A stretch of DNA of 64,000 nt, taken from contig MHDZ01000015.1 of assembly GCA_001805055.1 (NCBI GenBank), forward strand, positions 1,263 through 65,262. The letters are read 5' to 3'. Shown in pieces: positions 44,382-54,318 of this stretch. The notes under the pieces are model-generated. The model worked only from the letters and a program-made list of their open reading frames with translations. It was not told the DNA's origin and ran no database searches. The first letter of the stretch is position 1. Every line of letters begins with the position of its first letter. Source of the DNA: Nitrospirae bacterium GWC2_57_13 (GTDB lineage Bacteria; Nitrospirota; UBA9217). The position numbers and the translations under genes are program-made.

Positions 44382-45143
44382 TCAGTGAATGACCCGTTTC
44401 CGCATCAACCGGAAAGGAAAAGGAGCGAGCAGCAATGCCATCGCTGCGAGCCAGAACACGTTCAGCAGGATACCCGCGAGCGCACCGGCGGCAAGGCCCC
44501 GGCAGGCAGTCACGAGATGATAGAGGGGCGTGAAGGAGGCTATCTTCCCCACCATGTGCGGCAGCACGTCAAGGGGAAAAAAGATGCCCGAGAAGAGAAA
44601 GAGGGGCGTCATGAAGAGGGTGAAAAAATAACTGAAGGAATCGATGCCCGGTACGAGGGCCGCGAAGATGAGCGACAGCTCGGCAAAGATGATACCGCCC
44701 AGGAAGATCACGGGGATCACCAGGATGACGGCGAATGAGTCAACGAGCCCGAAGAGGACCACCACGAGGGTGATGGAGGCGCCGTAGATCACGCTCTTCG
44801 TGGCTCCCCAGAGAAGCTCTCCGGCCACCAGGTCGTTGATGCCCACGGGTGTGGCCAGGATGGCGTCGAAAGTCCTTTGGAATTCCATGCGCACGTAGGT
44901 GCCGTAGGAGCACTCATACACCGCGGCGAAGACCGAAGACGACGCGATGATGCCCGGCGCTATGAACCGGATATAGGGCATGCCGTTGATCTCGGTCACG
45001 TACACGCCGAGCCCCATGCCGAAGGCCACGAGATACAGCACGGGCTCGGCGAAGTTCAACGCGAAGCTGGATTTGTAGAGCTTGGTGTGAACGGTCCAGT
45101 GACGCTGCCAGACCCTGAATGCACGTATGAAGTTAATCCGCAA
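44382..45143 (-). CDS. ABC-2 type transporter permease
   Basis: Six TM helices with the ABC-2/NodJ-like pattern. TTG start with SD GGGAGGAG. Overlaps the ATPase gene stop by 11 nt. Confidence 0.8.
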   Translation of the reverse strand: MRINFIRAFRVWQRHWTVHTKLYKSSFALNFAEPVLYLVAFGMGLGVYVTEINGMPYIRFIAPGIIASSSVFAAVYECSYGTYVRMEFQRTFDAILATPVGINDLVAGELLWGATKSVIYGASITLVVVLFGLVDSFAVILVIPVIFLGGIIFAELSLIFAALVPGIDSFSYFFTLFMTPLFLFSGIFFPLDVLPHMVGKIASFTPLYHLVTACRGLAAGALAGILLNVFWLAAMALLLAPFPFRLMRKRVIH

Positions 45144-45864
45144 GGCTCCTCCCTGTCAGACGGAGATAGACCTGCTCCAGGTTCCCCCCGTGCCGCTCCA
45201 TCAGCGTTGCCGGCGGCTCTATGGTCACGATCCTGCCTGAATCCATGATCGCCACGCGATCGCAGAGGCGCTCCGCCTCTTCCATATAGTGCGTTGTGAG
45301 CAGCAGGGTGGTGTTCCTGGCCTTCAGGTCCTCGAGCTTCTCCCAGACGGCGCGGCGGCTGTGCGGGTCCAGGCCCGTGGTGGGCTCGTCCAGGATCAGC
45401 AACTCCGGTTCGTTGATCAGCGCACGGGCAAGCAGCAGCCGGTGTTTCATACCGCCCGACAGATGCTTGATCCTGACGTCCGTCTTGCCGCCCATCTCGA
45501 CGAACTCCAGAAGCGCCTTTGCCCTGGGCGTAGATGACCGTTTCGGAATGTCGAAATACCGGGCGTAGACGATCAGGTTCTCAAGGACGTTCAGATCAGG
45601 ATCGAGATTGGTCTCCTGGGGCATCACTCCGACGCGCGCCTTGATGCGCGCCGGCTCCCGCGCCGCGTCCAGGCCGAAGACCGAGACCGAACCGGCCGAC
45701 GGCGTCAGAAAACAGGAGATGATCCGCATCACCGTGGTCTTGCCTGCTCCATTCGGTCCCAGGAACCCGAAGCATTCACCCTGCCGGATCTCGAAATCAA
45801 CGCCGTCCACTGCGCGAAGAGAATTGTAATTCTTCGCCAGCTTATGCGCCGTTACGATGTTCAT
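45133..45864 (-). CDS. ABC transporter ATP-binding protein
   Basis: Walker A GPNGAGKTT. Signature LSGGMKHRLLLA. Walker B LLILDEPTTGLD. Start re-assigned to MNIVTAHKL. The track N-terminus runs through the 25-nt upstream element. Confidence 0.85.
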   Translation of the reverse strand: MNIVTAHKLAKNYNSLRAVDGVDFEIRQGECFGFLGPNGAGKTTVMRIISCFLTPSAGSVSVFGLDAAREPARIKARVGVMPQETNLDPDLNVLENLIVYARYFDIPKRSSTPRAKALLEFVEMGGKTDVRIKHLSGGMKHRLLLARALINEPELLILDEPTTGLDPHSRRAVWEKLEDLKARNTTLLLTTHYMEEAERLCDRVAIMDSGRIVTIEPPATLMERHGGNLEQVYLRLTGRSLAD

Positions 45865-45904
45865 TGCATTCAACGTTCTCTCCCCTTCATTCCGCACTCA
45901 ACTA

Positions 45905-46816
45905 TCATCCCAGAGTGGCGCGGTTCCTCCCGCCGGACTTGCTTTGGTACATGAGAGAATCAACACGGGCCAGAAGGCCGTCAATGCCGTCCTCGGGCCG
46001 GGCGAGGGTGGCGCCCACGGATATCGTGACGCGCAGGTCTTGTACACTCGAGAGGTTCGACTGCTCCACGAGGGCACGGAACCGGTTTGCCGTGGCGGCC
46101 AGCTCTTCCCGGTCCACGTTCGCAATGATAGCGAGGAACTCCTCTCCACCCCAGCGGCTCACGAGATCAAATGATCGTACGCTATTCGCCAGGGTTCTGG
46201 CAACCATTTTCAGCACCTCGTCGCCCGCCGCGTGTCCGTACCCGTCGTTGATCTTCTTGAACCGGTCGATATCGGCGAAGAGCACGCCGAAGATCCATCC
46301 ATAGCGCTCCATCTCCTCGTGCCGGGCCCTCAGGATGATCTCAGCGTATCGCCTGTTGGCAAGGCCGGTGAGCGGATCCACGTAGGCCATCCGTTCCGCT
46401 TCCGCGAGCCGCTGCAGGGCCGCGGCCTCGGGCGTGTTGTCGGAAAAAACCTCCACAGCGCCCACGACCCTGTCCTGGGCGTCCCGGATCGGCGCGACCC
46501 GGACCGTGATGGGCACACGGTGGCCGGCCCGGTGATGCAGGTACACTTCGGTGCTCCGGTGCGTGCCGTCTGCAAGCGTCTCACCCACGGGGCAGACGCC
46601 CTGGCACAGCACGTTCCCCTCGTGGTCCACGTGAACGAGAATGTTGTCCGCGCACCGCTTGCCCACGACCTCTGCGGAAGTATATCCCGTGATCCGCTCG
46701 GCGCCCTTGTTCCAGTAGGTGATCACTCGCTTTTCGTCGACGAAATAAACGCCGTCGTAGAGGTTGTCTAGTATCTCTTTATATATAATATCGTTTCGGT
46801 CCATAGAGTTCGTCAT
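45905..46816 (-). CDS. PAS-GGDEF diguanylate cyclase
   Basis: N-terminal PAS (YFVDEKRVITYWNKGAERITGYTSAEVVG). GGDEF domain with an intact GGEEF active site and RYGWIFGVLFADIDRFKKIND. Confidence 0.85.
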   Translation of the reverse strand: MTNSMDRNDIIYKEILDNLYDGVYFVDEKRVITYWNKGAERITGYTSAEVVGKRCADNILVHVDHEGNVLCQGVCPVGETLADGTHRSTEVYLHHRAGHRVPITVRVAPIRDAQDRVVGAVEVFSDNTPEAAALQRLAEAERMAYVDPLTGLANRRYAEIILRARHEEMERYGWIFGVLFADIDRFKKINDGYGHAAGDEVLKMVARTLANSVRSFDLVSRWGGEEFLAIIANVDREELAATANRFRALVEQSNLSSVQDLRVTISVGATLARPEDGIDGLLARVDSLMYQSKSGGRNRATLG

Positions 46817-47086
46817 CGAAGGGAGAGAACAGGCCCCAGGGCCGCGAGAACGCCGGACGCGATAGCTCGAGAAAAATCGTGCGGGAAATTCATGAGCATA
46901 TTTTCAACAACCGCCTGCGAGGTCTTCCATGGCTGACGCGCCGGCTGGAGGAAAATCACATACACCTGCACTCATATACCCATGCGGTCTCGATGAAGAC
47001 TTTTTCTCATGAGACCGCTCCCGCTGTTCAAGATCAGCATTCCGACTTCAGCGTGAGAGTGCAACGTGACCGTGCGCCCAGGGCGA

Positions 47087-47311
47087 TCAGGACTGCGCGT
47101 CGAGCGTTTTCAGTATCTTCTCCACTTTTTCCCTGAGACGCATGCGCAGGCCCTGGACGTGCTGCAGCGAAAGCGCCTCACGCTGCAGCGAAGCCAGTTC
47201 CTGCTCCAACTCGCGGATGCGCTTCTTCTGCCGCCTGTTCTCGGCAACGATCTTCGCGACCCGCTCCTCCAGCTCTCCGAGCGAGGCAGCAAGGTCCTTC
47301 TCTGGTTTCAT
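47087..47311 (-). CDS. Small coiled-coil protein (ZapB-like?)
   Basis: 74 aa, entirely heptad-like and charged (LEERVAKIVAENRRQKKRIRELEQELASLQREALSLQ). Lies downstream of the slt-like gene. No clear SD. Confidence 0.45.
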   Translation of the reverse strand: MKPEKDLAASLGELEERVAKIVAENRRQKKRIRELEQELASLQREALSLQHVQGLRMRLREKVEKILKTLDAQS

Positions 47312-47392
47312 GACTGCAATCCGATCGTGAGAATGTGCTTCAGGTCCGGCATGGGCGCGCAGCCCGCTCCGTCCCTGGGGGAGATGCCGTTC

Positions 47393-49807
47393 TTAGTGCG
47401 ACTTCACAGGCTGTTCAATGCTCCGAAAATGCATTTCAATGCCGCGGCGCGGCATGCCGCTGTCCTTCTCTGATGCGCCGTAGACCCGGCGGTACTCGCG
47501 ATAGTTCTGGAGCACTTTTTTCACATACCACCGCGTCTCGGTAAAGGGAATGGACTCGACGAACTCATCGCGCTCAAAGGCCTTCCCGTTCTTTTCGAGC
47601 CACGATGCCACGGCTGCAGGCCCGGCATTGTACGAAGCGGCGACGATGAGCGGATCGCCCTTGAAACGCTTCATCAGATAGCTGATATACCACGTGCCGA
47701 TATGGATGCTCGTATCGGAGTCCAGGAGCTTCCGGTGCGAGTAATCCTTCATCCGGACCATCTGTGCCACCCATTCGCCCGTGGCAGGCATGACCTGCAT
47801 GACCCCGCGGGCGCCGGCAGGCGACAGGGCGTCAATCTGGAACATGCTCTCCTGCCGGATGATAGACGCCACAAAAAAGGGGTCCTGATCGTACTGCTTC
47901 GCGTAGGACTGGATTGTCTCCCAGTACCCGAGGGGATAAGCGAGCAGCCAGAAATCTGCCGGTGTATCTCCTGCCGAACCGTCGAGATAGCGCGTATAGT
48001 TGCGCAACACCAGGAGCAGCGACCGGTGATAATCGCCCAGCTCGAAGAAAGTCTTGCTCAGACCCAGCAGCATCCCCTGCTTGCGCGGCACCCGGTCCTT
48101 CAGCGCCCAGAGCTCGGCGGCGGCCTCACTCTTCATATCGAGATACATCAGCTCCAGCGCCTTCCGGAAGGCGGGGTGCGAGGAAAGAGCACGCACGGCC
48201 TCCTCGGTCCAGACCGGCGGCCCGTCGGAATCCGGGAAGTCAGCCGGGTCTTCCTGCGCGGAACTGTCGGCAATCCCTGTTTCCTGCGCCGGCGTCGCAA
48301 CCGCCTGCGCTGCCTGGACAGGCATATCCCGCCCGGCAAGGCGTTCGGCGGCCCGGTAGCCGTAGTAACTGTACGGCGCCCGGTCGAGGACCCAGCGGTA
48401 ATGGCCTGCGGCCTTTCCTGTATCTCCTGCCCGCTCCGCTGACCGGCCCTGCCAGTAGCGTGCCTGATAGACCAGGAAGGATTTCGGGTAGAGAGCGATC
48501 AGCCGGTCAAGGGTCTGGATGGTTCGGGTGTAGTCTCCCGAAGTATAGTAGGTCCAGGCCTTCCACCACAGTGCACTGTCGGCAAATTTGCTGCGAGGAA
48601 AGTCCGCCACGAGCTGATCGTAGAACCGGAGCGCTTTTTTCGCCTCCCTGGCGTCACGGTAAATGTTGCCCACCAGGTACAGCGCTTCGTCGGCGAACTC
48701 ATGATCGGGATAGTTCGCGATCAACCGCAGATAGGAACCCACGGCCTCCTCGCGCTTGCCCAGCCTGCTGTAGGACCGGGCAAGCCACTTGAGCGCCTCG
48801 GCGCTGCCCGGCGCGGCCTTGCTGCCGTTGGCCATACCCTCGAGTGCCGCGGCTGCTTCCGAACGTCTGCCCAGATGGAAGAGCGCGATGCCCGAACGCA
48901 GCAGCACATCGGCCTTGCGCGGGTGCTCCGGGTCCCGTTCAAGCGCCAGCTCGAAGGAACGCAGCGCCTTTTCATGCTGCTTCGCCTTTACCAGGTTCTT
49001 GGCCCGTTCATACTGCTCTTCGGCCGTCAGCTCCGGCACTGCCGCGCCCTTCTGCTTCAGCTCGGCAAGCGCCTTCTCGACCTCTTCGTCCGTGGGACTT
49101 CCCGGGTAGCGCACATAGAGATCAACATAGGCCCGCGCGGCCTGGTCCGGCTTTCCTGCTGCGGCCAGGGACCTGCCCAGCCCGACGCCCATATCAGGAC
49201 AGCTGTCGGAACGGGGATGCGTTTTTAAAAAGTATTCGAAGGCCTCAGCCGCCTGGGAATACACCGCGGCATCGAACAGCGACTGCCCCAGCTTGATTCG
49301 CGATTGGACGAGCCAGAAGCTGTCGGGATAGCTTTCCGATATCCTGCGGTAATGCTTTGCCGCTTCAGCAGGGCGGCCGCCTGATTGGTGATATTCGGCA
49401 AGAAGATAGAACCCGTAGTCAGCCAGTTCCGGGTACTCTGCCGCGACGCGGACCATGACCGCCTCAGCCATGCCTGCCTTATCCTGGGCGATGAAGACCC
49501 TGCCGAGCAAAAAAAGCGAGCGCCGCGCCCAGGGCGTTTTCGGGAACTGGTCCAACACCTGGAGTGACGCGAGCCGGGCCTTCTCCATGTCGCCGGCTTT
49601 GAAGGCGTTCATGGCGGCGGTGAACCCCTCTTCGGGTCCATCCATAGGAACGGAGGCCGCACTTTCCGAAGGGACTGGTGCCAGAAGAAATGCAAGCGGA
49701 GAGACAGGATCCCCTGCGGCTGGAGAAGGGGCCTTGGTGGCAGCACAGGCGCTAAGGGTAAAAAAAATCAGAACAGCAAAAATTCTTCGAAAAACAGCCA
49801 TATGCAA
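47393..49807 (-). CDS. Soluble lytic murein transglycosylase (Slt70-like, N-terminal TPR/superhelical domain plus C-terminal SLT domain)
   Basis: Signal peptide. Many TPR-like repeats. SLT catalytic motifs ESMFQIDALSPAGARGVMQVMPATG and YNAGPAAV. SD GGGGGAG. Confidence 0.85.
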   Translation of the reverse strand: MHMAVFRRIFAVLIFFTLSACAATKAPSPAAGDPVSPLAFLLAPVPSESAASVPMDGPEEGFTAAMNAFKAGDMEKARLASLQVLDQFPKTPWARRSLFLLGRVFIAQDKAGMAEAVMVRVAAEYPELADYGFYLLAEYHQSGGRPAEAAKHYRRISESYPDSFWLVQSRIKLGQSLFDAAVYSQAAEAFEYFLKTHPRSDSCPDMGVGLGRSLAAAGKPDQAARAYVDLYVRYPGSPTDEEVEKALAELKQKGAAVPELTAEEQYERAKNLVKAKQHEKALRSFELALERDPEHPRKADVLLRSGIALFHLGRRSEAAAALEGMANGSKAAPGSAEALKWLARSYSRLGKREEAVGSYLRLIANYPDHEFADEALYLVGNIYRDAREAKKALRFYDQLVADFPRSKFADSALWWKAWTYYTSGDYTRTIQTLDRLIALYPKSFLVYQARYWQGRSAERAGDTGKAAGHYRWVLDRAPYSYYGYRAAERLAGRDMPVQAAQAVATPAQETGIADSSAQEDPADFPDSDGPPVWTEEAVRALSSHPAFRKALELMYLDMKSEAAAELWALKDRVPRKQGMLLGLSKTFFELGDYHRSLLLVLRNYTRYLDGSAGDTPADFWLLAYPLGYWETIQSYAKQYDQDPFFVASIIRQESMFQIDALSPAGARGVMQVMPATGEWVAQMVRMKDYSHRKLLDSDTSIHIGTWYISYLMKRFKGDPLIVAASYNAGPAAVASWLEKNGKAFERDEFVESIPFTETRWYVKKVLQNYREYRRVYGASEKDSGMPRRGIEMHFRSIEQPVKSH

Positions 49808-49926
49808 CCGCCGTACTCCCCCATGACTCCCTGTTTACGCCGTAGCGTAAAACAAAAAACGTATATCCAAAGTATATAGTTCTGCAATCTCCCTGTCAAC
49901 ACCTCTGAAGGGAATATCAAGCCTTT

Positions 49927-49956
49927 TTGGACTTGCATCTCTCTGCATTTTATACT
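49927..49956 (+). promoter_or_regulatory. Candidate sigma70 promoter TTGGAC-18 bp-TATACT
   Basis: Lies about 70 bp upstream of the ATG at 50029. A TTTACGC-cgta-GCGTAAA palindrome sits at 49834-49851 in the same divergent region. Confidence 0.35.
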
Positions 49957-50028
49957 ACCTTTACACCCAATCACAAAATCTCGTGAAGGAACGGATGGCC
50001 GTTACCCTTTACAGAAAGAGGATTGCTT

Positions 50029-51291
50029 ATGCACCTGTCCCGCATCGCCACGTTTCTGCTCATTCTCGCGCTCGTTCCCGCAGGTTCCGCTGATGCCTTT
50101 TCCGTCCCTGAACGGCGCAAGCCCCAGTTCGAAAAGGAACTGGGCTACTATGTCTTTCCCATGCCCTATAGTCTGCCCGGCATCGGCGACGGCCTGGCCG
50201 CCGTCGGCGCTGCCATGAACGTCGGAGGCACCTACACCGATCTGCTGGGCTTCGGCCTTACGGGCGACATGAAAGGCGGCGGTCTCGTGACCAAGGACGT
50301 CCATCTCCTGCCCGAGCTGCTGGTCCTGGACGTGACCTTCGAGCGGTTCTCAAAGGCCACGCTCACGAGCTACGGCCAGCGCGGCATGAATACGGACAAG
50401 CATGACTATTCCTACCTGGAACTGGGCAGCGTGGACTTCCTCGCCAGCAGGTTCACCGCAACCTTCCTGGAGCGACGTATCGAGCTTTTCGGCGGCGCCT
50501 ATGCCTTCAGTTCCAGCCTCGAGCGCCTGCTGGACAATGAGGGCACCGAGATCCTCGTTGTCACCGACCCCCAGGTGAACAGGAACCGGATCACGACCGT
50601 AGGAACCCGCATCGACGTGACCGATGACTATGCTGATCCGCGGAAAGGCACGCGGCTCGAGATCAGCCGATGGTATTCTCCGCCCCGCAGTGACAACAAT
50701 GCCGACTACTACTTCATGGAATACAATGCCAACGCCTACTTTCCCCTGGGCCGCAGGAATACACTGATCCTGAACGCCTTCCGTTCCGACGCCCACGTCA
50801 CGAGGCAGGGAGAGACAGATCGAACTGTGGTGAATGTGCAGGAAGGGCTCAATTGCCATACACTTTTAGACCCGGAGCAGATGTCCGAGTGCTGGAAGGT
50901 TGTCGATAATATCGTCGAAGCCAACACCTACGGCACCGTGGGCTCCCTGGGCGGCACAAGCAGGCTCCGGTCCTATCCCCACGACCGGTTCACCGCCGCC
51001 CATGCCCTGTTCTACGGTGCCGAGTTCCGGTGGAACCTCACCGAGGAACGGCAGCCTTTCGATATCGTGATCATGAAGGACATCAGGACGGTCTGGCAGG
51101 CGGCATTCTTCTACGAAGCGGGCACCGTGGCGGATAGAAGGGATGAACTGGGCGATGTGTGGCGCTCTTCATACGGCGTGGGGCTCAGGATGGTCACTGC
51201 GTCAGGCATTGTGTTCCGGGCGGATGTTGCATCGGGCAAGGAAGGGGTCGAGGCTTCGATCATCGTGGGCTATCCATGGGAAGCGTTGTAG
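50029..51291 (+). CDS. Outer-membrane beta-barrel protein, Omp85/bacterial-surface-antigen (D15)-like
   Basis: Signal peptide MHLSRIATFLLILALVPAGSADA. C-terminal barrel-like pattern DRFTAAHALFYGAEFRWNL...AAFFYEAGTV...SYGVGLRMVTASGIVFRADVA. SD AAGAGGA with a 6-nt spacer before ATG 50029 (track TTG at 50023). The family assignment is tentative. Confidence 0.5.
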   Translation: MHLSRIATFLLILALVPAGSADAFSVPERRKPQFEKELGYYVFPMPYSLPGIGDGLAAVGAAMNVGGTYTDLLGFGLTGDMKGGGLVTKDVHLLPELLVLDVTFERFSKATLTSYGQRGMNTDKHDYSYLELGSVDFLASRFTATFLERRIELFGGAYAFSSSLERLLDNEGTEILVVTDPQVNRNRITTVGTRIDVTDDYADPRKGTRLEISRWYSPPRSDNNADYYFMEYNANAYFPLGRRNTLILNAFRSDAHVTRQGETDRTVVNVQEGLNCHTLLDPEQMSECWKVVDNIVEANTYGTVGSLGGTSRLRSYPHDRFTAAHALFYGAEFRWNLTEERQPFDIVIMKDIRTVWQAAFFYEAGTVADRRDELGDVWRSSYGVGLRMVTASGIVFRADVASGKEGVEASIIVGYPWEAL

Positions 51292-51330
51292 CAGGGACTG
51301 TCCCCTTTGGTTCCCGGGGGACTGTCCCTG
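51292..51330. repeat. Second copy of the palindromic hairpin repeat GGGACTGTCCCC-N11-GGGGACTGTCCC
   Basis: Starts 1 nt after the stop codon of the Omp85-like gene and is the reverse complement of the 34392-34430 copy with 1-2 mismatches. Confidence 0.5.
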
Positions 51331-51422
51331 TCAGTGGAAATAGCTGTCAGCGGTCAGCAAACAGTAGGCAGCAGACAATAGAGTCATGCTGTATGCTGTA
51401 TCCCGCACGCCTCTCCGTTCGG

Positions 51423-51797
51423 CTAGCTTTTCTGCTCCAGGGCCGCGAAGATCATGTCGAGCACCTTCTTCTGCTGCCTTTCGAACTTGTTCAGCACAGC
51501 CAGGCAGCTGCCCATCGGGAACCGCTCATGCAGATAGTCGGCCTCGCGAGCCGAGAGAATGATGATCCGGTTCTTGTCGAGCCCCCTGGAAACGGCGTAG
51601 GACAGCACTTTGGACCCGTCCAGGCCCGGCATCTCCAGGTCGATCAGCAGAAGGTCGAGGTCATCGGTGATCAAGACCAGGCATTTTATCGGATCATTGC
51701 AGGTCAGGACCTCCAGTCCGGGAAAGCGCTCCTCCACATACTCTTCGAGCAGTTTCAGAAATGCCTTGTCATCATCGATCAGCAGGATCTTTCCCAT
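51423..51797 (-). CDS. Single-domain response regulator (CheY-like REC)
   Basis: MGKILLIDDDKAFLKLL...LLLIDLEMPGLDG...ILSA shows conserved D-D...D...K positions. Confidence 0.8.
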   Translation of the reverse strand: MGKILLIDDDKAFLKLLEEYVEERFPGLEVLTCNDPIKCLVLITDDLDLLLIDLEMPGLDGSKVLSYAVSRGLDKNRIIILSAREADYLHERFPMGSCLAVLNKFERQQKKVLDMIFAALEQKS

Positions 51798-51958
51798 GTT
51801 CAGTCAACCTTAGCCGTGCTCAAAGTACGACACATTTCATCTGCCAACCCGTGAAGCTGCCCTAACCACAATGCATGCATCGAACATCTCCGCCCCACAC
51901 TAGAAGATGCTGATTCGCATGCACGATATCGCGCGCGCTCTACAGCAGAGTTCTTGAT

Positions 51959-52567
51959 TCATTTGATCACAGCAAGTCTTTTCACCACATCGCCGGACTT
52001 GAGCCCGGGAATATTCATGCGGGGAAGATCCTTGAGCATCTGCCCGTACTCGTCCTGAACCGTGACGGAGAGCATGCGCTTTCCATCATGCTTATAGAGA
52101 ATCGTGCCGATATAAACCGCCTTTGCGTTGGCCGGGATATCGAGTTTTAAATTCCGATAAAACTTCAGCACATCGAACATGGTCGCGCCCATCGCATTAG
52201 TCCACCCGGTCGGCTTCATCACTTGAGTGTTCCTGATATACATGGTCCCGGGAGGAATGGCATAGTAAAAGGATTCGTACAGAGTTACATCAAGATTCAT
52301 ATCGGCCCGGTACATGGTATTTTCCTTGACCTTTTTGCTTAAATCCCTGGTCATGGCAACCATTATGTTCTGCATGTTCTCCTGTTTTTCTCCGGGTTCC
52401 GGTTTGCTGCCCTTCAGGTACCACGGCGGATCGATCATGAACTTCCCTATCACCAGCACCTTCCCAGCCGGGATCTCCTGGCCCGTCTGCAGAGGGGGCG
52501 TAAAAGAACCACAGCCCGCAAAAAAGACAAGGCCCACCAGGAACAGCACTCTCGATCTGAGCTTCAT
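51959..52567 (-). CDS. Hypothetical lipoprotein
   Basis: MKLRSRVLFLVGLVFFAGCGS has a lipobox. SD GAGGAGGTG with a 6-nt spacer. ORF 51959..52825 trimmed by 86 codons. Confidence 0.6.
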   Translation of the reverse strand: MKLRSRVLFLVGLVFFAGCGSFTPPLQTGQEIPAGKVLVIGKFMIDPPWYLKGSKPEPGEKQENMQNIMVAMTRDLSKKVKENTMYRADMNLDVTLYESFYYAIPPGTMYIRNTQVMKPTGWTNAMGATMFDVLKFYRNLKLDIPANAKAVYIGTILYKHDGKRMLSVTVQDEYGQMLKDLPRMNIPGLKSGDVVKRLAVIK

Positions 52568-52763
52568 GGATGCCACCTCCTCACGTTGACTTCTGGACTG
52601 AACGCCCCCCGCCTTGCTGAGGGTCAGCGGGTGAATACGATAATATTCTTCACCTCGACCTTGTTCCGCTTTTGGAGGGATACTGCAGGCCGCTTCACTC
52701 AGGCATCCGCCGCCTTGTCCTGCGCGGAATTCAATTATCACCCCTCCTGAGCGGCTCAGGCCG

Positions 52764-53246
52764 CTATTTCCCGAATTTCTTCGTGAGACGCTCCTCCACA
52801 ATGAGGGGCACCAGTCCGGCAACACTGCCGTTATACGTTGCGATCTCTTTCACGATCGTGGACGTAAGATAGGAGTACTCCTCGCTCGGCATCATAAAGA
52901 CCGTTTCAACGCTGCTGTCGAGCCTGCGGTTCATCAAAGCCATCTGCATCTCATACTCGAAATCGGAAATAGCCCTGAGACCGCGGATAATGGCAATGGC
53001 CTTCTTCTGCCTGAGATAATCGACCAACAGGTTGTCGAACCCCTCGATCACCACGCTTCCGCAGTCCCCTGTCGACTTCCGCAGCATGTCCACGCGCTCT
53101 TCCAGCGAAAAGAGCGGCTGCTTTTTCGGGTTCGTTGCCACGGCAACGATCACCTCATCGAACATGCGCAGGCTGCGTTCGATCAGATCGATATGGCCGT
53201 TCGTCACGGGATCAAAGGTGCCGGGATAGACGGCAATGCGCTTCAT
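52764..53246 (-). CDS. coaD: Phosphopantetheine adenylyltransferase
   Basis: MKRIAVYPGTFDPVTNGHIDLIERS...RGLRAISDFEYE...YLTSTIVKEIA is the canonical CoaD. Confidence 0.9.
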   Translation of the reverse strand: MKRIAVYPGTFDPVTNGHIDLIERSLRMFDEVIVAVATNPKKQPLFSLEERVDMLRKSTGDCGSVVIEGFDNLLVDYLRQKKAIAIIRGLRAISDFEYEMQMALMNRRLDSSVETVFMMPSEEYSYLTSTIVKEIATYNGSVAGLVPLIVEERLTKKFGK

Positions 53247-53461
53247 CTGTTCTCCTTTTTTCGCAAAACAACCGGAGGCCGGACGGTAGTCAGTTGCAAA
53301 TTAAACGATTCTCAACCAGAGAAGAACAAACTACTTTGACACTGATTTACGCTGATTAAAAAGACATGAAGAATCCTGATTTTGCATAGGCGTTAATCCG
53401 TCGCAATCCGCGTCCAGGGCTTTGTCTTTTTTGGTTCCCCATTCTGACTGCTGATCCCTGA

Positions 53462-54007
53462 TCACTGACTGCTGAACGTATAAAACGCCAGCACCGTGTC
53501 GCCGTACGTGGCTTCGCGATACAGCGCCAGCGGACCGGCGCTCTGCGGCGAAGGCTGTTTCTTGAAGTGTTCTGCGACAACGATCGCCTCAGGCTTCAGG
53601 ATGCCCGCCGCGGCCACGGCTTCGAGCAGCGGCAGGAGATCGTCCGCGTAAGGCGGGTCCAGAAACACGATGTCAAAAGATCCGCCGGACCTGCGCAGAA
53701 AGGCCAGGGCGTCCGCCTGCACGACCTGCGCCCGGGCCTCGAAGCCCGTCATGGTAAGGTTATCCCGGACAAGCCTGATCGAATCCTTTGACGCGTCAAC
53801 GAAGACGGCCTGCGCCGCACCGCGGCTGATCGCCTCGATGCCGATGCCGCCGGCGCCGGCAAAGAGGTCGAGAAAGACCGCGCCTTCAGGCCGATCGCCG
53901 AGAATATTGAACAGGGCCTGCTTCACCTTGTCCGATGTGGGCCGAACGCGCGATCCGCCTGGCGCCTTGAGCTTCCTGCCTCTTCCTGTGCCTCCGCTCA
54001 CCTTCAT
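53462..54007 (-). CDS. rsmD: 16S rRNA (guanine966-N2)-methyltransferase RsmD
   Basis: SAM motif LDLFAGAGGIGIEAISRGA and DPPY catalytic motif (FLDPPYADDL). Lies upstream of coaD, the conserved rsmD-coaD arrangement. Confidence 0.85.
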   Translation of the reverse strand: MKVSGGTGRGRKLKAPGGSRVRPTSDKVKQALFNILGDRPEGAVFLDLFAGAGGIGIEAISRGAAQAVFVDASKDSIRLVRDNLTMTGFEARAQVVQADALAFLRRSGGSFDIVFLDPPYADDLLPLLEAVAAAGILKPEAIVVAEHFKKQPSPQSAGPLALYREATYGDTVLAFYTFSSQ

Positions 54008-54318
54008 ACGTTCACCGCAAATGAGAGAATGCTACAGAATAAACCCTGTACAGTCAAGCAATTCTTGACACTGCACCCCGGCAAGGATATAATTCCGTAG
54101 TAATATATGCGCCGGAACAGTGCGCATTTCGCCGGCAGGCGGGATCGACGATCCTTCGCACTTTTTCATCCATTTATAGAGCTATCATAACATAAAAACC
54201 TCTCGACCTTTCCCAGGTCCCTTGTCTTTACGGGACCCTTTGAAACGAGGGGCGGGAGATTTTCTGATCCTGTTATTTCCCTTTTGAGACCCTATCATCC
54301 ATTGAGAGGCAAATACCT

